Shown piece by piece: positions 1 through 12,400 of a stretch of DNA of 64,000 nt; positions within the stretch are counted from its first letter, which is position 1, and each line of letters opens with the position of its first letter. The stretch spans positions 14,942,001-15,006,000 of the forward strand of contig OZ116701.1 in NCBI GenBank assembly GCA_964199315.1. The letters are read 5' to 3'. A program made the position numbers and the translations under genes. Under the pieces are notes generated by a model. It did not search any database and was not told the DNA's origin. It saw only the letters and a program-made list of their open reading frames with translations. The DNA comes from Orbicella franksi (taxonomy: Eukaryota).

Positions 1-234
1 GAAATGCAAGGTGTTACTCAACGGATATTTAAATGTTGCTTAAAACAACATGTTCATTGACACATTCCAGTTACATTGTATGTACACTTCTCAAACATAT
101 CTTTCATCCTTCCCCTACTGAAATATCGGGGGTACCCTCAAAAAAGCCTTTTAAGCAAAATACGACCCAGTGCTTGTCAATTTATGGATTTTATTACAAC
201 GGGTCCATTGTTCTTGTCTAAAACGTTCTCTAAC

Positions 235-404
235 CTCCATGATTCGTATCTTGTTCCCCCATGAGGAGACCAGCAAGCACCTCTTGTTGTAGATTGTGTG
301 ATAAGCCAGCCCGGTTACAGTGTCTTCATGACGCTTCTTGGTCTGTTCATCTGGATACTTCTTATACAGCTGCCCACTGCCGAAATCCCACACTTTTATA
401 GAAC
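235..404 (-). CDS. WDR64: WDR64-like exon 20 (GSIKVWDFGSGQLYKKYPDEQ...SWGNKIRIME)
   Basis: aattag acceptor, GTTAGA donor; gene continues past position 1. Confidence 0.9.
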
Positions 405-3400
405 CTAATTCCAAAAAAAGGTGTTGCTTGTATGAAAATCTACAGGTCTAGTTATACTCATTGAAAAACAAACAATACACAGTCATTGACCACGTTTCCT
501 GGCCAATGATTATTCAAAAATCAAGCTTACTTCAGGCCTGTCTACTTTCATGCACTTGAGCAGTGACTCATTGAGCTTGAAAACGCCAAGAAGCTTCTTG
601 CTAACAGTTAGTAAGTAAGTAAGTAAGTAACAACTTTATTTATAGAGGGTAACACATAACAGTAAAAAACTGACGAACCAGTGGCCTTCTATCCTAAGTT
701 AAAAATTAAAAACTATTTACACTTATAAGATAATAAAAATTACAAAACAGAATACAGCTAAAATTTAAAGATATGATAAAAGTTAAAAATTTAAAAAATC
801 TAAAACTAGATATGCGCAACTAAAAACTAAGCTAAGAGTTTTTGGACAAAAAATATTTCCTAACAGAAGATTTAAAGGAGCCAATGGAGTCTTTCTTGCG
901 AATGTCTAAAGGGATGTTGACTGTTTGTACATGATCTAATAATTATGTATTATTCATGTATCTAATCTCAGTTAGTAATGCAATATACATAATGTAAGGT
1001 AAATCTGTACAGTAACAGTATAATTACATGTATGTAACAATGTCGTGTTTTCTAATGAGAGAGGGGTCTCTTGTCAACACCTGCCACAAATAAATAAAAA
1101 ACGCCCAGTGGTTTGGCGAAAATCATACTTGTTAATCCATTGCAATTCGTAACTACCATGTTGCCTTTAAACTAAGCTGTAACCATGTAATGAGATTTTA
1201 CAAACGTAGGGACGAGCACTGGTAGTGTGTGCCAATGTAAAATTTGTAGGTTTTCTTTCATAAAAAATAAAAATAAAAAGTAAAACTGATCAAATTTGAA
1301 GAAATCCTTGACTGTAGTACTTTGTTCGGAGTAATGTTACTAACCATTGTATGCTCCAGTGGCGAGCCTGTAGCCAGAGCTGTCAACTGTCATGGCTGTG
1401 ATCTCAGTGGATGGGCCATGGGCATCAGTTACCTGGTATACAAACTGACCTGTCTCCATTTCCCAAACCTACACAATAATGAAAAGACAAAATAAAAAAG
1501 ACTTTTTATAGTTGTATCACAAAAATTTGTTAAGATGTTGTTAAATAACGAGGACTACAAAACGGATTGTGCAGCCCTGGTGCTTAGTGTTTTTTTTTTT
1601 TCTCTTTTTTTTCTTCTCCTGTCTCAGTTTAGCCAGACAAACAGTTACAAACATGGCAATGCTTTTGTGTTGTACAACTGTGTGCCTAGGGAACCACAAG
1701 ACCAACTCTGTAAGACCTACAGCTGTAGTGGCGGAAGACCTGCTAGGTCTTCTACTTTTTACTAGCCCCATACATAGACATTTTTTGGGCTTGTCAGGCA
1801 AACCCTCCTCGCCTAAAAACGTGCGTGATGAGGTCAAAGAGGGTCTGTGTAGGAGGGTACCCTTTCACATTGCGAAAAAACAAAACAAAAGAGAATTTCA
1901 GTTTGTATGTGAGTTCTCAAGTGGATGAGGCACGTTTTGGTAATTTTTGGTGCATACCAAAGTGCTTACAAACTCATTGAAAAATCTGAAAGAATTCCAA
2001 GAGTTTGCAAGTGAAGATAAGTTGTGCCACTTCAACAAAACCATTGGCACAGCTCTGTCTGAATGTACAAACATGCTATTTTCCTACACTGCTTGTGCAG
2101 TTCATCATGTTAATTGACCTTAGCAGTGACAAGTGAATTTTGTTAATAATGATAATGATCATATACTCTACCTTGAGAATTCCTTCAGTACAACCACTTA
2201 TGACCTGGTTCATCTGGGGATTATACAGCAGCTGAAAAAAAAAAGGATTAAGACTTCATTAGAATCTGCCTCTTGCAAAATGTTCAAGCATGGGTGTAGT
2301 GTGAGAGAAAAGAAAAACACAGAATTTAAATCGTACCTGGCAGATGGGCCTGTCATGAGTGTGTGGCACCTGAAGGGAGTCCTGGATGGCTCTTGTGAGT
2401 GGCCAGGTGTCAATCACACTACAACCTACAAATGCATAATTTTAAAGAAATGAGATTCAATAATGACACCAAAACACTTGTGTGAACACCATTCTGCAGA
2501 ATGGGAGGAAGGAACAATGATTTATTATACCACCATTTTGGGAGATGGGCAGACCTTCTAATCATGCACTAGGATCATCAGGTGCAGAAAAGAACCCATT
2601 TCAAGTAAAGACAAGCACGTATCAATCCTTCTAGGAGTGAATATTCAACCACTGTACCACTGCTGATCAGCTACTGTAGAGCACTTGACCTTCAGATAAA
2701 TAGTACTGATTGAATGATTGTCTGACTGATCAAATGACTGACTGAACGACTGTCTGTAACTTAACTCCCAGCCTTGCAGAGCTTGAGATAAGTAACTTTA
2801 TGTTATTTTACCAGGGTAGACCATTCAGCAGCAAGTCTGGTGGTATCCATTGTGGGTAGGGGGGGAGGGGAGGGTAGGGTGAGTGTTTTCATACCTGTAA
2901 TGAGTCTGTCATGCTTAGCATCAAAAAGCATGCAAGAGATGCGTTTTTCCCCTGGCCTCACTTCATTGTCTGTAAATACCTAAAAATAAAATTTACAGCA
3001 ATACCCTATCAAATTACCGTACATGTCAACCACAAATCATTCATTTTCTTTTGCCAAATATATTTCGTGTATCTCAGAGTGACATTTCCTGCTTTGATGC
3101 ATTAAACTTGATAAAAACATATACATACAAGTAAAATAATTTAAAATCAAAAAATATTGTAACGATTTTTCACACCAGCATACCTGTAGACATGACAAAG
3201 TCTGGATGTCCCACACCCTAAACACCTGAGTTAAAGGGAAGAAATGACACCAATCAGTGAAGTAATACTGTCATTGATGTACATGTATGTGTGGCTAGTG
3301 AAAAGAAACTAAAGACGCCTTGTACATTAGTGGGAGGGGAATGATTTTCATGCAAGTCTGAGGGCTTTAAAAAAATGGAAAAATGGAACAGGACAACTGG

Positions 3401-6400
3401 ATAGTATACACTGAAGAAAGCAAAGCAAGTTCAAGTCATGGAACCCCAGAAAAAGTGCACCATTTACAGGGATTTCAAATTGAAATAACATAGTAGGAGG
3501 AAATCTCTCTTCACCTGTTCATTTATTTCCTCAGAAAGGTCAGATCATGATTAAGTTGGTGAAACAAACTGGTGCATTAATAAACTTTGTGACAAAAAGT
3601 AACGGACCAAAATGCTTGAAATAACCAGTGACTTGCACTGGGCACTGGCTTATTTTGAAAACCTTGCATTAACTGCATTTTACAACTGGCATTTGTGATG
3701 AATACTAATAGCATTCCTCACTCGTGCTGTTGATAAGCTGATGAGTTGCTGATCCTTTTCATTAACTGCGACATCAACAATGGTGAACAGATGGCCAAGA
3801 AGCTTTCCTGCAAGTGAACATCCATTCAATGGCCTTATTAGAAATACGTTGAGGAAGAAGACATCCATAGATCAAGTAGGCTGTAGCTATTAGTTCCTAA
3901 GAGTGTTCCATCAACTATTCTACATTCTCCATCCTGAACATGAGGCTGACAAAAGGCCAGAGGGGGGGTTGAGGGGGATGTGAACAGAGAAATCATCAGA
4001 TTGAGGGTACAGCGCAGGGTGCAAAGAAAACCAATTTGCACACGGCAGCGTCAAATGATACACCACAATATTCTCAGAACAAAACATTGTTTTGTTCCAG
4101 AAAATATCTATGACCTGCCCACAAAAGGTTTTTGAATTGCATCTCCCAGTTTAGCTTCATACATGTACTTTGCCTTAAAACCTTGGCTTTTGAAACCTCC
4201 TTCACCTTGGAATATTTCATGACCTACATTAGATTGGGGTGGGAATTAATATTTTGGAAATGCACATTATGATCATTACATTCTGGGCAAAAGAAATTAT
4301 AGCGGAGCTCTGGCGGCTCGAAGGGTCGCCAAGCGGAGCCCCATACTCATATAGGAAAGAAAAGGAAACCAATGAGTTGATTTTCTCATGGTTATCATGG
4401 CTAGCGGTATTGCTCGTGGGCGCGTACGCACGATGGCGACGGCGACGGCGACGACGTGGCGGCCATACTCCAAATAATAGATTGACAGAGACATGCAGCC
4501 TTGGTTTACCGTGAACTTCTTTGACATCGGACATCCATGTTATGATCAATTGACACCTGTCAAAACAAGGTATCTGTTGACCAGTATCACGTGACCATAT
4601 CGTGGGCTCAAGTTTACAGGTCACGTATTTTCTTAAGTTGACCGCTGACCAAGTGCTGGTTTTTGATTGGATCGTGGGCTCATGTCAGGTTAACTTGTTG
4701 AAAACAGGGCAGGATTGTTTGGAAGCCAGTTAACACTAACCCAGGATTAAAAGTTAACCGAATTACAACTTTTTCTTCTATACAAATGTTTTTTGCTGCT
4801 TTGTTTTGTGTATATGGTGATTATTAAACTCAAAACAGAAGGCCAAACAATATGTATAGAGAGAAAACCTCACCCCAAAGTTACATGAAATCAAAATTCT
4901 ACCTTTTCTGGGGTTAGCTTAATTGAGCTCTGAACAACCCGGCCCAGGAGCTACGCTTTTAGACTGGCCTAAATCTATACATTATTTTCAGTTTACCTGT
5001 TGGCCTTGTGAATATGAGTGGATGCCACACTCTGATAACCTTGTCTGCCCCTGGTACATGCAAACAACAATCCTTGAGTCTGAGCATTTCAATCCAAGTT
5101 GGATCTTACATCCATCCACTGGTCAAAGCAACTATATGTAACCTGTCCTATAGAGTACATGTATGTGACACCTACATGTAAAAGTAAATGTATGTGTGGT
5201 GCTTTTTTCTGTAATTTCGGTAAGGTCATGGCTTGTAGCTGTGCCAGCATCACTTACAGCGTATCACCATCAATCTTCTCTATTATCTCTTAGGCATAAA
5301 GATGAACTTCAGTTATGAATTTCTGTTACATTTTAGAATGTTTGGTTTTTTTTCAAAATTCTGTTGCAACATCTCTGTCTCTTGTGTGGGAATCCCCCTC
5401 CCCAAAACTCAGGACACAGTTGTTCAAACATGTAAAATACTATACAGTGGATAACTCACTATCTAATGGATAATACAAATCACCCTTTAGACAACTACAA
5501 GTAGGGCCAGAACAACATAACACCAGATATGATGTCTGTATGTAGCAGCAGAAAAAAGTTGAAATGGACACCTTAAACAGTACCAAAAGATACAACAAGT
5601 CTAGAATGTAACACAAAGATCTCCATCAGAGCTAGAAGGTGTGCATGTGTGATGATGTCCTTATAGACCATAAATGTATGTAAAGTTTGCTTAAACTGAT
5701 CTTTAAGACCTCAAAAGTTTCAAACTTGAAGAAAGCCTTGATAAATTCAGAGTATTGAAAGGGCTAACCTGCGGGTCTGAAACAACAGACAACTGTTACA
5801 GATGCGGCACAAAATGGCGAGTAGATAGAAATGTATGATTGTAATGGACCTACAAAATGGCTCTCATTGAATATGCCCTGCCTCCCATAGCCTGGGATTA
5901 AAAACAGGTATTTTAAAATCAATGAATATAAAACTGTATATTCACCAGCTGTGATTATGACATTAGCTTTTGTACAGTAATCAAAGCAGTTGACTCCCTT
6001 TGGAACAGCAAGCTCTCTGACAGGGCTGAAAATCAAGAGAAGTACAGAAATCTCATGTGGACTTTACTTATACTGGCAAGCCAATAACACACACAGACAA
6101 CACTGGTAGTGCAAAGTATTTCACCTGTTATCCAAAACTCTTTCAATGCTTCCCAAGATAAAAGAACAACTGCTGCTTGGCGAACAAGATCCAAACATCT
6201 CCAGTTGAGGAAAATACTTTAGCTAAAATAAAGTAATGAGAAGGATTATTTTAAGCTCTCATTTTTTTTTTGTAATTTGGGAACTCTCACACATATACAT
6301 GTACTGCTACACACAGGTGACAGCAATAAGAACAAATGTAGGTAAGTATCATGCTGGGTCTCCCAGAGGAGAGCTAGGACTGATGATGATGATGACCATG

Positions 6401-9400
6401 CTGGGTCATAACTGACAATATATTTAGAGCCCAGCAAGCTTTGTTCATTAATTCTTTGAGGAAAACAATTCAAGGCCACAAGCCATCTAAGGGATGTCAG
6501 AGCAACCAAAGTGGAGAGGGGTCTCTACACTTTGCACAAAAAAGTGTACATTTTCAGCTATATGTACAAGGTTCATGAGTATGTGACTTTTCCATTCCTA
6601 CGTGTCATTTTGTTCTTGTCACCAAACATGATACAGGCCTGTCATAATTACATGTACATACTCCTGATGCATCATTTGTCACTTTGGGACAAGATTCTGC
6701 ATGGTTTTCAATAGTTGGGTAGGTAAACCTACAGTTCAGATGACACATTCATAAATATATGCATATCACTAATACACCTTTTACAAGACCTGATGGTGAA
6801 ACTTACAATAATTAGGCCCTGCTCCCAATGTGTGGCTTTTCACACACAAATATGCACCACTTGTCCACAAAATATACAGGTTTGATTTTACGATGATTAG
6901 TCTCCTCAGAGGTGTTATTAATATTGTACTTAAGGTTTCCTACAGTTGAATTTCATTACACACAGAAGACATATCCCAAACCTTGATCACCCAGTCATCG
7001 TGGAATTTTCGTCCTTGTATTGCACTATGAAGAAAGAGAGAAGTATATAAGTCAGTTAATGAAGCCACAGCTAACCCTCTAACACCAAATAAGTAACCTA
7101 CACTGTACACATGCTGACAATGTAGCAATCAAGTGTGCTTAACAGCATATTGCAGATTGCATACTTTCTTTCCACACTGATTACTGATCAATAATTATTA
7201 CATTATTAATATAACATGTGTATTTAATTTTCTTCTTTCCACTCCGGGGTGTTGAACTGCTTTGCAAATACATGTATGATAGTGATAAAAATTACTGTAA
7301 GGCTTTACAAAGATAAAATGAAACCATTATTTATACAGGTGTTTATACTTACTAGGTTAGTTTGCTTGGATCAATAGTCACAAGCTGAGAATCTGTTTTC
7401 CCAGGTGCAGTTGCGTTCTTCATATGAAGGTCCTTAGAAGACACTGTCATCATGTTTACGTACCCTTGTTTAGAAAGAATACAAGTACATAGTAAAGTAA
7501 GGTATCAAAGAATAATTCACAAAACAAATACATGTACCAGACAAAGCTAAACTAAAAGAACTTTTCTCATTTAACAAAGTTGAATCTTAAACTTGTAGAA
7601 TTAAAAGCTCTAACTTATATTAATAAAATTACATTTATTGCTGAGAATTTTCTGTTATTTCCATGCCATTATATTATTACCTATTTTATTATACGAAGTA
7701 ATACCATCTGTAAATGAAAATACCAAAAAACTTGATGTTGTTGTCAAGTACACATGCATCACACAACAGCCAATAGACAAATTTTTTGACCAGTTTGGAT
7801 AGCACAAAAAAACAAATATGGCTGTTATTTCAGTTCTCAGCGGTTGACAAAAAAAAAAAAAAAACAAACTGACAGGGTCATTCTGTACTGTGTTCACCTT
7901 GGTTGCAAGTCTTCTCAAAAAGAAGAATATGTTAAATATGATTTATTGAAGGCTTTACTGAAATACAATGGCTATTGCTAAACTTCAAAAAGGTACAGTG
8001 GCAGTAAAGCTAGATTTTTGGGGAAGAAAATTCAGGACAAAATTAAATAAAGGACAAAAATATATACATGTATGTCAAAATAACTTCTTGTCTCTTCATG
8101 AAGGTCACACGGTTTTTTGTAAAAACAGCTTAAAACCTACAGTACCTTGGTCATCTCCAAAAAGAATTGTGTCTTCATTCATTGATTCAGTCTTCCATGG
8201 AATATAGATCATACACTGAGGGGAGTTTTCCATTGGCTTGATTTGATAAATGGTCTTTATAGGTAAAAAAAAAAATAGTAAGCTTTGTTTAGTTAAAAAA
8301 AAAAATTATTTCAGTATCAATATAGAAAGAAAAAAAAACATCAGTTTTAGGTTCTGGTTTGTTGTTTTGCCTAAGTAGCCACCTTAGCAATCAGTGGTGT
8401 TTCTAAAGAAGTGGTTAAGCCTAGACAACACTGCACAAGCATAGTGATAGTGTATAGTTTGTTTTTGCAAAGAAAGACAGGATACAAAAAACACATTTTT
8501 CCTTGAGGTTGTCCCAAGTCATTGTGTAGTGGCACCAGCCTTACTTCACCTGCACGTCCAAATTTTCTACTTGGCTGTCAGTTTAGTGAAAGATAAAATC
8601 TGTTAGCCCCCACAAGCTAGGGGAAAGGGGAAGTATTGTTTAGGGAATCCTGAAGGTAATTCAGTCAGAAGTGCACACATTTATTTTAGAATCAAAATTT
8701 CATTAAATTGCTTCAAACACTAACCAATTGCTTTCTCTTTGCTCTGTAGTCCCATAAAGACAATGCTCTTTCAGATGTAACCTGATGTCACCAAACAAAA
8801 CAAAAATATATTATTTATACCAGTAAATCTATTTTACAACATTAAGCTACATTTTGTACATCAACATGTTATGTTTTCTTGAAACATTATCTTCAGTCTT
8901 ACCACGGTTGTCGTAGTTCAAGAAAGTTATAAAATTAATGTCAATGATATCAAGAGGCATGTATGGCGTTTCATTGCGGACAAAAATAAACCTAAAAAAA
9001 AGAAGTGACTTACTTGGTACTTGGAGAAATAAACAGTGAAATTAAAAATATGTGGCCAAATAAATAAAATTTTACTTAAAAAAAAAAAGAAATGGTCCAC
9101 GATAATAAAAAATGTGGTTTTAGGTTTAAACATTGATGAAAAAATATGGTCAAAGCAAAAGTGCTGTGGAGCGGAAAAGTTAACATCGAGAAAATAAAAA
9201 AAACTAGTCAAGAGGAAGCAGAAACTGATTAGCACCTCAACTGGATGTAAGAGGGTATCTCCTTACATGGCATCAGAGGAAGTGGTACTTAGGCTACTTT
9301 GCGACAACGACAACAACATTGACAGTGTTCATTGGTATTCTTCTGATTGACGGACCAAAAAGACTGAGGTATCACAAGACGCTGAATTGAACTGTTCTTC

Positions 9401-12400
9401 AGAACTTTCTATCAGCCTTCCTAAGGAGAGCTTCCTCTTGACTAGTTTTTTTTTTCTGTGTTAATCTGTCCGCTTCACTGCACTTTTGCGTTGTCCATAT
9501 TTTTTCGTCAATTCTTAAACCTAAAACCACATTTTTTATTCTCGTGGACCATTATTTTTTTTAAAGTAAAATTTTATTTATTCGACCACATATTTTTAAT
9601 CTCACTGTTTATTTCTCCAAGTAAGTTACTTCTTTTTTTTTTAGGTTTGTTTTTGCCTGCAACGAAACGCCATAAGCATGTAACGTAAATTTTAGAGTAT
9701 TCATTACAAAAAGCAACAAAACTTTATTTAACCATGGTTACAGTGCCTCTCCCCACCCAAGTGTACAAATAGGTACCGGCAAATTCAATGCTGGAGGTAA
9801 CCTTGCAATGGACTAGCTTGCCATCTAAGGGGAGTAGAAATACTCTTAGTCACTTCATACTATACAGAAACTGGACACAAGTGCCGGCCTGATGGGCCTC
9901 TTGGCTTGTATGCAGACTTTAACTTTACCATACAGCACTACACACCCTACTGTTGCCACCCAGGAAAGTTTTGTAATGATTAGTTTTTGACAACTTTTTG
10001 ACATATTTTTGACAACTTCTAATGGCTTCCGTTTCAAATGGCCAATCAAACTGCAAAAACTCATCACTGGTTTTGAGCATCCACAGGTTGAAACTTTTAA
10101 AATTTCCATGAGAGTGAATGATGAATTTCAAAATTTAACATCTCGTCCCATGACAGTTTCCAAGTTTTGGTTGGCTGCTGCAAATACATGTAGAGGCCAG
10201 TAAGACGTTGTCAAAAAGATGTCAAAATTAAATCAAAAGTGGCAATGGTATGGTGCATAACAATGTAATTCATGGTTAACACATCAGTTGGAAATCAATA
10301 AGAGAATTAACAACTATGCAAACAAGTCTTTATCCTAGAGTTCAATTTTCATGTAATGCACATGTAGCATGTGCAGTTACAATAAATGACCACAAAGTTC
10401 TTTGACAGCTTCTGGAAGTGACCTACCGCTATCCTCCTAAGACTTGGCAAAAAGCCACAGCCTGTAACCCATGATGACTCCTGACAGAAGGGAAAAAAGA
10501 GAACATTAAAATAATTCACTGCACAAGGAAACAATTCTATTCAGCATTCACAATGCAAATTGTATACCACACAGGTGAGGATAGAAGTTAGAAGGCTGGA
10601 TTATGTGGGTTTTATATTCTAATAAACCTAGGTAACTAATGCCAAATGAAGTTAAAATGGAGCAAGAATTTTGTAAAGCACAGTTTATGACATGCAAAAC
10701 TGGTCCAGAATGAAAAGAAGTATTCTGACTGGTTCCCTGAGCAGTCTGAACCTCGCAGTACAGACTGCAAATTGCTTTTTCCATGCAAACATTGCACAAA
10801 AGAGAAAGAGTTCGCCTTTTTTCCTTTGAGTTTGGTGGATACCTTGAGCAACATGTACATTTTTATTGAAGTGACCTTGAAAAATGAATGCGAATTCTTA
10901 ATTTAGCACAAGTGTTTACCAAAAACTGACCAAGCTATGCATAAATTTATCGGTCAATTTTTCACCGAGCCATTATTAGAATTTTTTTGACTAGCTTGTT
11001 TAGTCCATATTGAGGAAGATTGGCCTTGTTATTTATTTTTTGCAAGTACACTGTAAATGAGCCCTGCTTGTGACTCGGTCCATAAACTTGTAAAAAATAA
11101 AATACAAAACAGCTCAAACAATAATTCCCCATATTGGACCTCTCTCACTACAGTAGTTCAAAAACACTATGTATGTTGCATCAAGCTGCATGGTTAAAAA
11201 ACATTTTTACCTCACAGTTAGTAAACACTTGATTTGACCAGAGCCGTTTACCTTTCAGTTGTAATTTGATTTTTTTCTACAACAAAAAACTATCAGCTAT
11301 TGCACATACACTGACATGCTAGCTTCAATGCTGGTGGCATGAATTGTGATATCATTTTTGAATTTACTCTACAAAATAATATATCAAAGGTCTTGGGTTG
11401 TAAGTGGATGAGAAATAAGACAGTTGCTATCAGATTAGCAACATCCTACAGTATATAATTATGCAAGTGTCTCCATCTCATCTGTGATTGTTTTGCATTA
11501 AAATACTGCCATGTAAAATAAGCTATAGATGTATATGTAGGTAGTTATGAGTCAGTTAGTAAAAGAATTACTTAGTGATTAACTCACATTCAAGTCAATG
11601 CAGGACTGGAGTCGAAACTGTAAAATAGAACATCAACAATTAACCAACTACCAAATATGCAAAGATCAACATACATGTACAGTAGCCAAATACACATGTA
11701 GCAAAAGTCACGATTACATATATTGTACATATATGTACTTTGGATTGGTTATACCAGGATTTGAAATCTTTTTGTTGCACAATGAAAGTACCAGTACCAG
11801 TGCATCAGAGGCATTGATCAGAAGGAGATTCCTACTGACATGGCACTTACTGGAATGTCTGTCATACCCTAGCCTGTACATGTAGAGGTTTACAGTAAGG
11901 CATTTTATCTTGAACTTCTAAAGCTGTCCATGTACTTATTTTGGTATTTTCTGAAAATTTTTTTCCAGTGAGCATCCCTCTCACTTTCATGTTATGTAAA
12001 ATGTTGGTCCCCCCATCCTGGATCAAAGGTACAGTACATGTACCTTTATCACTCAGTGTTTCAGCCAGAAAATTTAAGTTGAGGGTCAAAGTGGCCCCTG
12101 AAGACCGTTTTTAGGGGCCATTATTTTAAGAAAGGGGGCAATAAATAACAATTGGTAAAAAAAAAGTCGCCAAATGCAAATTTTTGGTTGCCACATACTA
12201 GTATGAAGGATCTGTGCATTACAAGAGAACAATCCATATGCATACATGACCTAGTCAAAGATCAAGGGTTTGCAATACACTATATAGGGCGATTTCAAGC
12301 ACAATCAGCTATTTAGAAGTTTTCAGGTGTGAGAGAATCAATACAGCAAAGCAAAAGGATGCATTGACTTCTTTTCTCATGTTGAATGTTTTAGAAGCAA

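Noticed and set aside
4229-4624. ORFs with poly-Arg or AVAVAV runs
   Set aside because: They are translations of the (CGACGG)n tract inside an interspersed repeat.
5850-5890. Extra phase-1 exon GYGRQGIFNESHFV in WDR64
   Set aside because: It would need a ~63-nt intron and would interrupt the conserved TAG-ADKVIRVW motif already formed by exons 12-13.
8927-9688. Phe-rich ORFs on both strands
   Set aside because: They mirror the AT-rich arms of the foldback element.
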